Virus record (IMG/VR): IMGVR_UViG_3300032087_005153
Span: 1-63,908 of that record
Strand: one strand, 5' to 3'
DNA from: a virus
Taxonomy: Duplodnaviria; Caudoviricetes
Length of the DNA stretch: 63,908 nt
Each line of letters begins with the position of its first letter. Within the stretch, counting starts at the first letter, position 1. Positions 29,201 to 41,000 of the stretch are shown in pieces. A model generated the notes under the pieces. It saw only the letters and a list, made by a program, of their open reading frames with translations, ran no database searches and was not told the DNA's origin. A program made the translations under genes and the position numbers.

Positions 29201-32200
29201 TGATCCTGATACTATTTATGAAATTGAAAAATCTATTAAAGGCAGTACAGTAATTGAAGTAGGGGGTCGAGGAAATAAGTTTGAAGAAAAAAATGCGGTA
29301 GGAAATAGAGAAGTTTCAATATTTGCTGCGGATGACCCGCTTAGAAAAACATTAACAATTAATGAATTAAAATCTGCAATTCCAAAATATGGAGATAAAA
29401 ATATTTCAGTAGATATTTTATTTGTAGAAGAAAAAACTAATAAAATAGGATTTACTGAAAATCCTGCTATATTTGAAACTGAGCCGAAAGAAAGCAAAAC
29501 AGATTTAGATATTTATTATGAAACAGAAAAAGCATATCCAGTAAGTGAACACGGTAATGCTCAAGTATTAGAATGGTATAATGCATTTTGTTTTGGTAAT
29601 GGTATTGAATCAAATAGGATTAGAGATGATTTTAATGCTCCTTTTATTGATAACGGAGTAAAAGTTTCAGCAACGATTGCGGAAGAAATAAAAGAAGAGC
29701 ATAAATTTAATGGTATAATATGGTCTGGTATTATTAACTCAAAAACAGGTATAAATAAATCAAATGAGTTTAATGTAGCATTTCCAATAACAAAAGATTT
29801 ATTACCTTCATATGGTAGCATACAAAAGTTGCATACATGGGATGATCAAATTGTAATGTTATGTGAAGACAAAATAGTTAGAGCATATGCAGATAAAGAC
29901 GTATTATACAATGCCGATGGCAATACAAATGTAGTATCAAGTAATAAAGTTATAGGCGATGTAATGCCTTATACCGGTGAATATGGTATATCTAAAAATC
30001 CTGAAAGTTTTGCTTATTATGGATTTAGATGTTATTTTGCAGATAAAACAAGAGGTGTTGTATTAAGATTATCAAAAGATGGTATTGAAGTCATTAGTAG
30101 ATATTTAATGACTAATTTCTTTAAAGAAAGATTTTTTGATGATGGTTGCTATCATGCTGAACCCTTAAGTACAAATATAGTGGGTTCTTATGATAATTAT
30201 AATGATTTATATAATATATCATTTGATGGCTTAGACACTGTTTGCTTTGATGAAGTAGCAAATGGATGGGTAACAAGAAAATCATTTATTCCAGAAAATG
30301 GTATATCATTAAATAATATATATTATACTTATAAAAATGGTGAATTATGGGAGCAAGATTCTAAAGATGCTCTATATAATAATTTTTATAATGAACAATA
30401 TACTTCTAAAATAGAATTAGAAATTAACGACAATCCTTCTGTAATTAAAAAATATAGAACATTATCTTATGAAGGAACAAAAGGGTGGACTGCTAATGTT
30501 ATAACCGATCAGCAGAAATCTTCAACTATGTCTTTTAAAGAAAAAGAAAACAAATATTTTTCTTATATAAAAGGAGAAGAAAAAGATGTAGAAAACTTAG
30601 ATACTAAAAACTTTAATTTTCAAGGATTAGGTGTTGCTAGTGATATTTCAGGAATTGGACCCGCAACAAGTACGGAATTAACTTTTGGTATTTTGCCAAT
30701 TGAAACCAATAGCTATTCTTCTAAAATAACAAAAATTAATAATACAGCAGGGACAGCATTAAATAATACTGTCCAAATAATTATTTCACCTAAGGCTGGG
30801 TATACTTTAAATGCTAATAGTTTTACTACTAAAAATATAACTGCAACACAAAGCGGTGACAATATTTTATTAGACTATACTCACGGAATAGCTTTTCAGC
30901 CCACAAAAAATAAACATATTGACATTTCTTTATGTAAAGTAAATTTTGCATCGAAAAAAACAATAACAGTTTCTGGCTTATATGCATTTAAACCTAATAA
31001 ATGGCTTAATACAGATGTAACAAATGATAGCTTTACTGTAACAGGGCCGCCAAATATTTTAAAAGAAATAAAAACCCGCACAGTAACAGCTAAAAAAGGA
31101 TTTCAAATAGATATTGATAATATAAGTAGTAGTAATCCAAATGTTATTTTAGATATTAAAATAAATAATTTAGAAAAAACAAGTGTAACTATTACTGAAA
31201 AAATTATTATGCCAAGCGCTAATAATGATAACTTTAATTACACTATAACTGTAGACGAAATACAAATACAAGAGCCTAAGAAACAATTATTATTTTCTCA
31301 AATTAATACTAACGATGCTATAAATGATATATTAATTAGGCCATTAGAAATAACTGCAGATCCTGGTTCTGTATTTTCATATAAATTACAAGGCCCTAAT
31401 TCTTTTGAAGAAACAGAATTTGATATAATAGTTAATAACACGGGAAAATACATTAAGGAAGTTATATTACCTTCAAATGCCCCTGGAACTTATACAATAA
31501 CATTAACACCCGGTACAGATACTATAAATGGATCTGATTTTGAAGATATTATTACAATACCCTATTCTGCTAAACAGATAAATAAAATATCATTATTTAC
31601 TGAATTTAATAATACAACAAGTACAGTAAATGAATTTCAAGCATTTACTAATGACGGCATATCGTATAGTTTTTCAAATGAAATTATATTACCTAATGCT
31701 ACTTATTTATTAATAGCCCAGCCAAAATCAAGTGATTTTGTTTATGATAATAAAATTGACGATCCTAGGCTTTTAAATTTATCTTTAAACTTAAATTCAC
31801 AGACTAATACAGCAACATTAACTGGTGTAATACAAATTGATAAAGTAAGTACTTCAAATCAAATAGTTTTATTTTTAGATAGTTTTATTAATGAAGAAGT
31901 AACTTTAAGTATAGATTACAGTAATACTATTTTAGGTGGTGGTGCTACAGGTAATTATAGTATAACACCTTCTGTACCTTATCAAATAACCGACGCCGCA
32001 TTAAATATTCCAACTACAGCGGATTATTATCAATTTACAATAACTCCTGCTGGAGGATATGAGTTTATAAATAATATAAGTAGTCAAGATTTTATAGTAT
32101 CTGATTCAACTAGTGATGTTACTTCAACATATGCTGAAAATGGATCATTAAAAGCTTTGATAGTAAATGATAATTTAGAAATAAGACTTTATCCAAGTAA

Positions 32201-35200
32201 TTTTAAATTACCATCTACAAGTCAAACTATTTATATAAGACCAAATAAAATTATAACACAAGCTGTGACTGCAGCCGCTGGAAATTATAGTATAACATAT
32301 AATCCTCTTGATAATGAAGATAGGTTATTTACTAATACTTTAATTTTAGGTACATTAACAGATACATCAAATCAAAATTTCTTATTTCAAAAAACATTTA
32401 CAATAGATAGAACAGGCCCTGATTTTACAAAAATATTTTCTGCAACAGGCCATGTTGTAAATTTATTAGATAATGAATTAAGTTTAGCTACAGCTGGTAC
32501 TTATACAGATATAAATGGTGATTCAATAACTGTTACAGATTTTATAGAAATTAATACAGATAAAACTGAATTAACATTAAATATATTAGCAAATATAAAT
32601 AGTGTACCTGATAAAAAATTAGGTAGAATAGATTTTGATTTTGCTACTGAAGAGTTGTATACTGTAATAAAACTTAAACAAGGTGGATGTAATACTACGC
32701 AACCAACAATAGAATATAGATTGTATAATATTGATCCATATGATCCAACTCCAAAAATAGGTGCTAAAATTACACAAATACAATCAAATAAAATTGGTGC
32801 TTCATCCGGTGTTACATCATTAGAAAATGAATATAAGATTGATGGAACTGATTTCGTACTAACATTGAAAAAAGATTTTATTACGTCTATAGATTATATA
32901 AAAGATATTCAAAATTGTACAACCACAATCCCAACAATAATTACTGCTGATAATATTATTTCTACATATGGCGATGGTACTATTAAAATTGGTGCAGTAG
33001 CTAATAATCAATATTCTCAATTAAGGTATGAGATGGTTTCAGGAACGGGTATTGTTGGATTTACAGAAGGAATATTAAAAAGTAATACAGGTCAAACACC
33101 TCCGGTGGGTGTGCATAAAATAAAAATATTTGCACAAGAAGTATATATAGCTAGTACTAGAACATTATATGAATATGCTGAAAAAACAATTACTATAACT
33201 GTTAAAAAAGCAAATGTATCAATATCTACTTTAAAAGTTCAAATGACAGAGGGTGATACTGATGATCTTAATTTATATGTAACTACAAATAGTGGTGGGA
33301 TACTTTCTTTTAATACTACATATAATAATATTATATCATTAAATGGATCTTCTATTGATGCTATTGGGGATGGAAATGGTACAGTAAGTGTTTCAGTTGC
33401 AGAAACATCAAATTATAATGCTGGTATTGGGGTAGTTAATGTTGAAATTGCAAAATTTATAGTTCCTATAATTGATTCCGATGGGGATGGCATTCCTGAT
33501 GATCAGGACGCATGGCCATTTGTTGATGACAATGTAGCTTGGAGTTTTGGTGTTGACCAAATGGGTTTAACTAATTTTGTTAAAAAATCAAATGGTGAAT
33601 TAAGCACAATGAACCAAGGTGGAGGAAAAGGTTATTTAGCTGTTTATTCTAGGGTAGCTGACAGATTTAATTATGATAAAAGCCAGCTAACCTGGAAAGC
33701 TTATGTAAGCATAGATCCTGATGACCTAGCTGAATATGGACAATTTGTTAAATTAGACAGGACAACGGGTGTTGTTTCTGATGATCATGATGACAAAACA
33801 GCTATATTAACAGGAGGTGATCCTATAAAATTTACTGTATCAAGATGGATTAATCCTGATTCATCAAAAAGAAAAGCAACTATATATGCAGATATATATT
33901 ATAAAGGCAAATTAGTTAAATCTGGTCTTAATGATGGTAGTATGAAACAAACTGATGATGCTAATTCTTCATCAACTGTATCTTCTACCCCAGCACCTAC
34001 TACTGTTACCGCACCACAAGCTGCTTTAACAACGGCATCATCATCTACACCAGCTCAAACATATATAGACTTTACAGCAAGTAGCTCTAAATCTTCAAAA
34101 GCATTAGCAGAAATTGTACCGCTTTCAAATATAAATGTAGACTACTGGCATAATGGTACTTCGCCAACACCAATTGTAGGTAATAAAATATTTACAACAA
34201 GTAGTGGTAAATCATTAGCTAAATCAGGCTACTATAGAATAAGTGCAACAAAAGGTATGGTACTAAACTCTAGAGGTAGCGTATTACAAATATTTGATAT
34301 TACGGCACAAACAATTTCATCAACTACGCCAATTAGCAATGTGTATAGCATAGATTGTAGTACTATCGGATTTAATGTTAATGTTCAAGAATACACGACC
34401 AATACATGGGATATTAATGCAACACTATTAGGAAACTCTGCTAGTGATGTTGAGGTTATTGATTCAAAAGTTGTATCATTCTTTTTGAATGCAACAGCAG
34501 ATAAAACAATATGGACTAAAACAACGTTTAGAGTAATAAATAGTAGTGCACCTAATTACGATACAGTATTTACTTGTAATAAATTTGCTACATCAACTCC
34601 GTCTCTTTCTAACTTAAGTCAAAACGACGCAAATAGATATGAGCAGGAAATGAGTAATATATTTGAAAATAGCAAACCAAATACTCAAGGAACCCCTAAT
34701 CAAACTACTAATCAAACAACTTCACAGCAAGTTGGTACACCTAGTAGTACAAATACAGCAAAAGATACTACTGAACCGCCAATTATTCAATTTGTTACTA
34801 GTAATACTAGAAAACCTTTAACTGGTGTTAATAATGCAAAACTTTATTTAGAATCAAGATTTAGTAATAATCCTGATGAAAACTATAAAGAATATAAAGA
34901 TGTATTATTATATAGAGGGTCCGAAGTTTATACAAATTATTATACAGGTAGTGCTAGAACTAATGAAAAAGTATATGACGGAATTGGTGGCAATAAACAA
35001 TTCCCTGTTGACACAAATGACAAAGGCTACTACTACGTAATAAGTACTGAACGGGATGGTTTATTCAGCGGTAAATATGTAAGAGCCGGTCAATCTAAAT
35101 TATGGGTAAGAACAAATGCTGGAACAGGAGCAATAAATTATAGAGGAGTTGCAAGAGATCCATTTAATATAGTACAAAATGGTTTTGTAAATATAATGGT

Positions 35201-35486
35201 TAATGAAACTGAATATACTAATTTCTTTATTGTTGATCCATTTAAGAATAATGGTAAACCAAGATCTAATACAGATTTCTTGCCGTCGCTTCCAACAAAA
35301 CCAGAAGACAGAGTGGTTGTTTCTAAATTTTTAGGGGGTAAAACTTATCACAATTATATTCCTTTAACTCTTAAAGTACAAAACGGTGTAATTGTTGATG
35401 CTTATCAGCAACAACATACTAAAGAAACTCACGGAACTTATGATGTTTATGCTCCTAATAAATTTAATCCTTCAATAGAACCTTAA
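26265..35486 (+). CDS. Tail stabilisation (nozzle/muzzle) protein with long C-terminal extension
   Basis: GMMDKDRDERL...YRDALNI N-terminus, LFFTDDLNPPRKINI, GEYGISKNPESFA; Thr/Asn-rich tail with DSDGDGIPD motif. Confidence 0.75.
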   Translation: MAELKHTFIAGMMDKDRDERLVKNGTYRDALNIHISSSEGSDAGAVENLLGNKQLTDLGLSNAQTIGSIPYGLKDKIYWIVTSDNIDGIYEYDQIQKTVVPIIIDTKRNSSELINSLTIQSNEDNELVLSNITASQLKTICGNIPDDTIDEVLVNNNINLSSQDPKLNISIPQNTILRRENKKYVFKNIEYSGQEYGNITITFSFSIKSVLNFSKNNLITGIDIIDDMLFFTDDLNPPRKINISKFKKYTNTPYPNTNGVFQTQTLVQYSEKDANGNIINLTRDFSENDLSVAKKAPMKAPTLELYNSLISGVTEIEKIISFYITSSNGDKEIGIGDNLTISGLTTLPNWNEGDNLELSSYTDDGTGEYLEATAIVKQVLESSIIITLTSRNYAPVKNINYKVSISLVEKDPIHELSFVRFGYRWKYFDGEYSTMSPFSETAFLPKKYQYNAKEGLNLGMENDLRKIILNDFDLGDDTVKEIEILYKETRNQNIYTLKSFRRIDFDNSYEITKERIHSVLPNDQLLRSWDNVPRKAKAQAVTANRIIYGNYTQNYDVYNSPEFGISYLKRSANSNKKTIKSNRTYQVGVAYIDEYNRHSPVLSDQSGSITIAKDKTKETKQFEVRLKNNPPAWAKYFKYYIKDNSGEYYNIAADRFYYDEENGFMYVSFSSNERNKINKDESILLKKEHGSDIAVIDSDNRYKVIEIFNEPPNFVADKKKVVSSLDDVLFTSGYNLSTAGGTLTQIKTENSTPVANYSKIQVKRANQANDPDDSNNSGVPGFLVNELKPGRFIRFDFNGKESQPYEIKSVGVDREDSTEIEITIKDSFNDDVDIIYDRDGNVGNPPVQGHSHGYRLGVRITILEKFSDYKNEEFDGRFFVKLKANNLLKNIFEGDTVDNKDYSILEKLTLFGAPTFSDSKKDRRTRPPRKIDLNPEYPLFLSHSGTASNYTFKVEELNTKVDDKYLDLFINGTKFYFSNDPDTIYEIEKSIKGSTVIEVGGRGNKFEEKNAVGNREVSIFAADDPLRKTLTINELKSAIPKYGDKNISVDILFVEEKTNKIGFTENPAIFETEPKESKTDLDIYYETEKAYPVSEHGNAQVLEWYNAFCFGNGIESNRIRDDFNAPFIDNGVKVSATIAEEIKEEHKFNGIIWSGIINSKTGINKSNEFNVAFPITKDLLPSYGSIQKLHTWDDQIVMLCEDKIVRAYADKDVLYNADGNTNVVSSNKVIGDVMPYTGEYGISKNPESFAYYGFRCYFADKTRGVVLRLSKDGIEVISRYLMTNFFKERFFDDGCYHAEPLSTNIVGSYDNYNDLYNISFDGLDTVCFDEVANGWVTRKSFIPENGISLNNIYYTYKNGELWEQDSKDALYNNFYNEQYTSKIELEINDNPSVIKKYRTLSYEGTKGWTANVITDQQKSSTMSFKEKENKYFSYIKGEEKDVENLDTKNFNFQGLGVASDISGIGPATSTELTFGILPIETNSYSSKITKINNTAGTALNNTVQIIISPKAGYTLNANSFTTKNITATQSGDNILLDYTHGIAFQPTKNKHIDISLCKVNFASKKTITVSGLYAFKPNKWLNTDVTNDSFTVTGPPNILKEIKTRTVTAKKGFQIDIDNISSSNPNVILDIKINNLEKTSVTITEKIIMPSANNDNFNYTITVDEIQIQEPKKQLLFSQINTNDAINDILIRPLEITADPGSVFSYKLQGPNSFEETEFDIIVNNTGKYIKEVILPSNAPGTYTITLTPGTDTINGSDFEDIITIPYSAKQINKISLFTEFNNTTSTVNEFQAFTNDGISYSFSNEIILPNATYLLIAQPKSSDFVYDNKIDDPRLLNLSLNLNSQTNTATLTGVIQIDKVSTSNQIVLFLDSFINEEVTLSIDYSNTILGGGATGNYSITPSVPYQITDAALNIPTTADYYQFTITPAGGYEFINNISSQDFIVSDSTSDVTSTYAENGSLKALIVNDNLEIRLYPSNFKLPSTSQTIYIRPNKIITQAVTAAAGNYSITYNPLDNEDRLFTNTLILGTLTDTSNQNFLFQKTFTIDRTGPDFTKIFSATGHVVNLLDNELSLATAGTYTDINGDSITVTDFIEINTDKTELTLNILANINSVPDKKLGRIDFDFATEELYTVIKLKQGGCNTTQPTIEYRLYNIDPYDPTPKIGAKITQIQSNKIGASSGVTSLENEYKIDGTDFVLTLKKDFITSIDYIKDIQNCTTTIPTIITADNIISTYGDGTIKIGAVANNQYSQLRYEMVSGTGIVGFTEGILKSNTGQTPPVGVHKIKIFAQEVYIASTRTLYEYAEKTITITVKKANVSISTLKVQMTEGDTDDLNLYVTTNSGGILSFNTTYNNIISLNGSSIDAIGDGNGTVSVSVAETSNYNAGIGVVNVEIAKFIVPIIDSDGDGIPDDQDAWPFVDDNVAWSFGVDQMGLTNFVKKSNGELSTMNQGGGKGYLAVYSRVADRFNYDKSQLTWKAYVSIDPDDLAEYGQFVKLDRTTGVVSDDHDDKTAILTGGDPIKFTVSRWINPDSSKRKATIYADIYYKGKLVKSGLNDGSMKQTDDANSSSTVSSTPAPTTVTAPQAALTTASSSTPAQTYIDFTASSSKSSKALAEIVPLSNINVDYWHNGTSPTPIVGNKIFTTSSGKSLAKSGYYRISATKGMVLNSRGSVLQIFDITAQTISSTTPISNVYSIDCSTIGFNVNVQEYTTNTWDINATLLGNSASDVEVIDSKVVSFFLNATADKTIWTKTTFRVINSSAPNYDTVFTCNKFATSTPSLSNLSQNDANRYEQEMSNIFENSKPNTQGTPNQTTNQTTSQQVGTPSSTNTAKDTTEPPIIQFVTSNTRKPLTGVNNAKLYLESRFSNNPDENYKEYKDVLLYRGSEVYTNYYTGSARTNEKVYDGIGGNKQFPVDTNDKGYYYVISTERDGLFSGKYVRAGQSKLWVRTNAGTGAINYRGVARDPFNIVQNGFVNIMVNETEYTNFFIVDPFKNNGKPRSNTDFLPSLPTKPEDRVVVSKFLGGKTYHNYIPLTLKVQNGVIVDAYQQQHTKETHGTYDVYAPNKFNPSIEP

Positions 35487-35490
35487 TAAA

Positions 35491-35814
35491 ATGGCATATA
35501 TAACAATATCTTTTAATAATAAACTTAATGATTCTCTACAAACAGGGGATATAGTTTACTTTGAAAATAATAACAGCATTGCTGAATTAGGCGAATGCAT
35601 TGATATAGCAGAGGACAGAAAGTCTTTAGTTGCAGATATTCCTGATACTAACATTAGACCGACTGCTGATAGTTTTTTTATGTTTGCTAAAAATAATGTA
35701 ATAAATACTAGTGGATTGCTTGGTTATCATGCAACTGTAGCATTAGAAAACAAATCAACAGATTTTACAGAATTATTTGCTGTAAATTCTGAAATAAATA
35801 TAAGTAGTAATTAA
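35491..35814 (+). CDS. Structural-module hypothetical protein
   Basis: SGLLGY...ELFAVNSE C-terminus; follows stabilisation gene. Confidence 0.6.
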   Translation: MAYITISFNNKLNDSLQTGDIVYFENNNSIAELGECIDIAEDRKSLVADIPDTNIRPTADSFFMFAKNNVINTSGLLGYHATVALENKSTDFTELFAVNSEINISSN

Positions 35815-35826
35815 AAATAAAATATT

Positions 35827-36510
35827 ATGGGCTACGAAGTAGAAAGAGCTAAAAAATCAACCTCAACACTTCCTACATTTGGACAAAAATTAGGGCAAGT
35901 AGCTAAAACAGATGCTGGAGCTTTTGGGCAAGTTGCAGAAGGATTAGCTGGTATTGCTGGTGGTATTGTAGGTGGTAGAGCTAGAAGACAAGAGCAAAGA
36001 GCGGCTCGTGCTGAATTACAACAGCAGCGATCTGCATATGAGTCATTTGAATTTCAAAATCCATATGCTAATATGAGTAATGCTTATGAAGATTTAACTG
36101 TGAATAAACAAGCGGCTGATTTTGCAGCTCAACAACAGCAACAAGCATTAGCTGGAACTATGGGACAATTGCAACAAGCGGCGGGTTCATCAGGCATTGG
36201 AGCATTGGCACAAGCCTTAGCACAACAACAATCACAAAACCTGCAAGCTGCATCCGCTAGTATTGGTCAGCAAGAAGCCGCTAATCAAATGGCTAGAGCA
36301 AGAGGACAACAAATGCTAGAACAACAGAGAGCGGCAGGCGCACAATATGTACAAGAAAAAGAATTTGGTAGAACAGAAGATTTATTTAATATAGCTGCAA
36401 CAAGAAAAGCAGCAGCTGATGAAGCAAGAAGACAGGCAACTGAAGGGCTAGTTGGTGGTATAGCTAATGTAGCCGTTGGAGCAGGAAGAGTAGTTGCTGG
36501 CGGAATATAA
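35827..36510 (+). CDS. Putative ejection (internal virion) protein 1
   Basis: Gln/Ala/Gly-rich helical protein with Gly-rich hydrophobic ends. Confidence 0.6.
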   Translation: MGYEVERAKKSTSTLPTFGQKLGQVAKTDAGAFGQVAEGLAGIAGGIVGGRARRQEQRAARAELQQQRSAYESFEFQNPYANMSNAYEDLTVNKQAADFAAQQQQQALAGTMGQLQQAAGSSGIGALAQALAQQQSQNLQAASASIGQQEAANQMARARGQQMLEQQRAAGAQYVQEKEFGRTEDLFNIAATRKAAADEARRQATEGLVGGIANVAVGAGRVVAGGI

Positions 36511-36521
36511 AATAAAATATT

Positions 36522-37994
36522 ATGGCATTAGATACAAGATTAATTGGACAAGCAATCGGTGGTGGTAGACCTTTAGATTTAGCAGGAGCAGTAAGGCCGG
36601 CAATAGCTCGCGGCGAACAAGCTATACTTAGGCGTCGCGCTGTAGAAAATAGACAACAAGAACTACAAGCTCAAGCTATTGCACAATTACCAATGCTCGA
36701 TGAATCACAAGTTCCAGAACAAATGCGTGAATATGCAATGACTGAAGCTATGAATATTCGCAATGAGGCTATTGCTGCTATCCAAGATAAAAATATAACT
36801 CCTATTGAAAGACAATTAGCTATTAGTAAAGCTATGGGTAAAATCAATAAGATAGCTACGCGGGCTGGTGACTTTAAACAATGGATTGCTAACCTAGCCG
36901 AAATGGGACGAGATGATTTAAGTAGATTAAATAGCAAAGAGTTGATGGACAAAGTTGATAGTATATATAAAGGTAACTTTGTTGTAGAAAATGGTGAGTT
37001 TATTTTTAATAAAGGAGAAGCAAATGAGGAGCGCAAAGATTTTAATTCTTTAGTTAATACAAGACCCATATCAAGAAGATCAGATGCTTTTTTAAGTCAA
37101 TTAAAAGCCGTAGGCCAAGAATATGAAAAATATGGCTCTATAGATGAAGAAGATTTCAAAGCTAAAGTTAAAGAAGAAGTATCGAACATGAAATACACTG
37201 ATGCGGATTTAGCTAGTATATTGGTTGACGAAATGGATGAACAAATTCCAGACGGCTTAATAGATATAATAAAAGATGATTTTGAAGATAATGGTCAAAT
37301 TGATAGTGATTACAAAATTCCTGATGTTGAAGGAGATACCTTTAAGGATCAATTAATTAAATTAGTTTCTGATAAATATGAAAATGCCGCTAGAGTTGCA
37401 TATGATAGAGCTAAAAAAGCATATAATAAAAAAGTTTCTGCTGAAGCAGCAGCTCGAAATGCAAATGATGGGGGCATGACTGCTTCATTAAGACAAGAAA
37501 TACAATTATTTGGGCCAACCGTAATGCCGTATAGCAAATTTAGTGAGACTATATCTAACATTACAGAAATGCAAGGTCCTATGCAAAATGTAGGGGTTGA
37601 CCTGCCTACTAAAATACCTGTAAGTGATGAAATGAAATCACAAACTATAGTTGATCAGCTTCGTTCAATAAATAAACAAAATCAAGGAGACTTTGCAACT
37701 AGATCAGAACAATTAGATATATTTAAAGCTAACGCTCAAACAATAGATAGTTTAAAAAATCTGTCCTCTCAACAACTTACGGATATGTTTAATACTATGA
37801 ATGGTGATGCTTTAGCTTTTTATAAAGGACAGCCATTGCAAATAGATTATAATAATCCTGATGATATTTATGATTTAATACTTAAGAATACACCGGGGTT
37901 AAGCCCAGAAGGTCAAAAATATTTTTTCAATAAATACATGGCAGATAAATATGCTAATGTAGATACATCCGGTATGCCTATAAATAAAAAATAA
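36522..37994 (+). CDS. Putative ejection protein 2
   Basis: Helical 490 aa, middle of the small/medium/large triplet typical of podoviruses. Confidence 0.5.
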   Translation: MALDTRLIGQAIGGGRPLDLAGAVRPAIARGEQAILRRRAVENRQQELQAQAIAQLPMLDESQVPEQMREYAMTEAMNIRNEAIAAIQDKNITPIERQLAISKAMGKINKIATRAGDFKQWIANLAEMGRDDLSRLNSKELMDKVDSIYKGNFVVENGEFIFNKGEANEERKDFNSLVNTRPISRRSDAFLSQLKAVGQEYEKYGSIDEEDFKAKVKEEVSNMKYTDADLASILVDEMDEQIPDGLIDIIKDDFEDNGQIDSDYKIPDVEGDTFKDQLIKLVSDKYENAARVAYDRAKKAYNKKVSAEAAARNANDGGMTASLRQEIQLFGPTVMPYSKFSETISNITEMQGPMQNVGVDLPTKIPVSDEMKSQTIVDQLRSINKQNQGDFATRSEQLDIFKANAQTIDSLKNLSSQQLTDMFNTMNGDALAFYKGQPLQIDYNNPDDIYDLILKNTPGLSPEGQKYFFNKYMADKYANVDTSGMPINKK

Positions 37995-38000
37995 TATAAT

Positions 38001-41000
38001 ATGTTCGAATTAGACGGAAACCAATATACGTTAGAACAAGTTCAAGCTGCGGCTTATAAGTCGGGTATGATGTTCGATGATTATGTCCAAAAATATAAAT
38101 TTAAAGAATTGGGAAAGACAACTCCCACATCACCGGGTGCGGATGTGGAGGAAACTGCAGCACCCGAGTTGACCGTTACGGAATCACCATCGGTAGATAT
38201 TTCTTTGGAATCACCTCAAACAGGAACAACTGATTCTACATTAATAACACCTCCTCGCAAAAAAACTCCATCTGAATTAAGGATAGATGCTACAAGGAAG
38301 TCAATGGCAATGGCTAATCCTATAGCTAGTATTATGCCTGACTTTATGATACCCGTATTAGCCGATTGGACAGCTATGACAACCGAATTAGGGGCAGGGG
38401 TTGTAGATACTGCTGAAATATTATATGAATTAGGATTGTCTGGAATAAGTAATGAAACTTTTGATAGAATATCTCGGGAACAAAGAATAGACATGTCAGA
38501 GGTTTATGAGGGAGTTGATGCTCTTAGAAATATTCGAGAAAAAAAATATGATGAGCAAGGAAATGAATTAGACGCTATAGGCTTATGGCAAGCCGGTAGA
38601 AAAAGTGAATCAGCCCAACAATTTATTAGTGAAGCAATAGGTTCTTTGCCTTCTACGGTTTTATCATATATAATACCCGGTGGTGGTTCAGCTATAATAG
38701 GTATTGGAACATTTGGATCAGAATTTGAAAGAAATTTAAAAGAAAGACCAGAAGAAACTGGAATGGCAATGTTGAAAAATGCTTTTATAAAAGGTAGTGC
38801 TGAAGCTGTATTTGAATTGCTTGGTGGTAAAACTTTTAAAACATTAACAAAGGCTGCTTCAAAAGGAATGACAGAAAAAGCTGTTAAAGAAATGACACGC
38901 ACTGGAATTCCTTATGCTCTTCGCAAAATATTAGGAATAACCGGGCAAGCGGCAATAGAGGCTGGCACAGAAGCATTGACAGGGGTTACACAATTAGCAG
39001 CTGATGAAATGTTTTTTGACGACGAAATAGAAGCTGCACAATATTGGCGAACAATTATTCATAGCGGAGTAGTTGGAGGATTAATGGGTGGTGGTATTAC
39101 GGCTGGAACGGTTGGTACTCAAGTAGCATTAACTGGTGACAGAAAAAAAGCAGCAATGGCTATAATTGCACCTAAAGAATGGAGAGCTGAACAAAAAGAA
39201 ATTAGTAGAAATATTGATCGTGCAGCAAGAGACTATCAAAACGCGCCTGATAATAAAAAAGCATATTTTAAAAATAAAATAGAAGTATTAGAACAACGTT
39301 TAAATGGTAGAGCAGAAAGGTTAGCTAAAGTTTGGGATGGTTTAACTAGAGCAGAAAAAATAGAATATGCAAGATTAGTAGATGAAACTAATTCTCAATT
39401 AGATATTATAGGTAATGCTAAATATACTAATCAAGCCCAAAAAGAAGCACAAATACTTTTAGACGGTGCTTATTCTGAAATGCAGGCCATATTAGGTAAA
39501 GATAATATAAATATAGAAGATGAGCAAGCTCTTTCAAGAATAATTAAAAGCGGAGTTAGTATAGCAGAAGCAGTTGGAGTTGCTAAAAAAGTTTTAAAAA
39601 ACATAAATATACAAAATATTTCTAATGAAGTATTTCAGCAAGTATCAAAAGCGGTAACTGGTAAAAAAAGTGCATCCGACGCTATATTTTTTGATGGAAA
39701 TAATATATTTATAAATAAAGATATTTCAGCAGCTACAGAACAAACAAATGTATTAGGCCACGAACTATTACATTATGTCATGGCTAAACGGTTTAATGTT
39801 AGCGATGAATCTTTAGGTCCACTAGTAAACAGCTTTAAAGATTATTTAAAACAAACTCAGCCAGAAATACTAGAAAGAATAGAGCAAAGACTTGAAAAAG
39901 CTTATGAAGGTGAAGCGCCTTTAGAAGAATATTTAAATCTTTTTTCAGATATTATAGCTAGAGAAAAAATAATAGTTGATGAAAGTATTACTGATAAAAT
40001 AAAAAATTCAGCAACTCGTCTTTTAAATAGTTTTGGATTTGGTTCGGTTAAATTAGAAACAGGGAAAGATGTTTTTGATTTTTTAAGAAATTATACTAAA
40101 AATGTTAATAATCTAAAGTTTAAACAGCTTGGTATTGATATTACATCTGATAAAATAGGAAAAGCTATTCAAAAAGATGTTAGAGAATCAAAGTCGGTAG
40201 CTTCAGAAAAAGTACAGGAAATATACGAAGCGCAAGGGGCGGCTAATGCTATGGATATTATAGATGAGTTTAGGCCTATAACAAATAAAATAGTAAACAG
40301 ATATAAAGATGTTCCTGGATTTGAATTTCAATTATTAAGAGATGAAATAGAAACTGGTAAGCGGGGTATACTTGATATGATCATGAGCTACACACCTGAA
40401 AAAGCTAAAGGTGCACCACTAGCTGGATTTATAAATAAATTTTTACCAGCAAGAGCTATTGAAGCTGCAAACCGTATATTAAATACAGAATTTACATTAG
40501 ATGTAACCGAAGCTAAGGGAATAACAGATACTGCTACTGAAGAAACTATAGAAGCTGCTGATGAAGCCAAAATAGCTGATGAAATAAAAAGCTTGCGAAA
40601 AGAAATTGGACTTCCTGAAGAGCTTGTAAATGCCGTTAAAAACGCTGTAATAAAAACATTTGGGACTAAACTTCCAAATCCACAAGATCCTAAGTTTAGA
40701 TTAGAATTACAAAGAAGATTTAGAATTGAGCTTAAAAAGCCATTAGCTAAGTTTGTTGGTAAGCAAGCTGACTATGAATCTTTTTTACGTAATAATTTTC
40801 AGTCTATATATAATAAATTACCCCAGTCTTTAATTAATAGAAGATTTAAAGATTTTCAGGAGCCGGTACTTGATAAGAATGGTAAGCATGTAAGAGAAAA
40901 AACCGCTGAAGGTAATAAAGTATATACTAAAAAGAAAATTACTCCAGCAGAATGGGTTAAATACTTTTTAGGTACAGATGTTGGAAGATCAACTCAAGGC

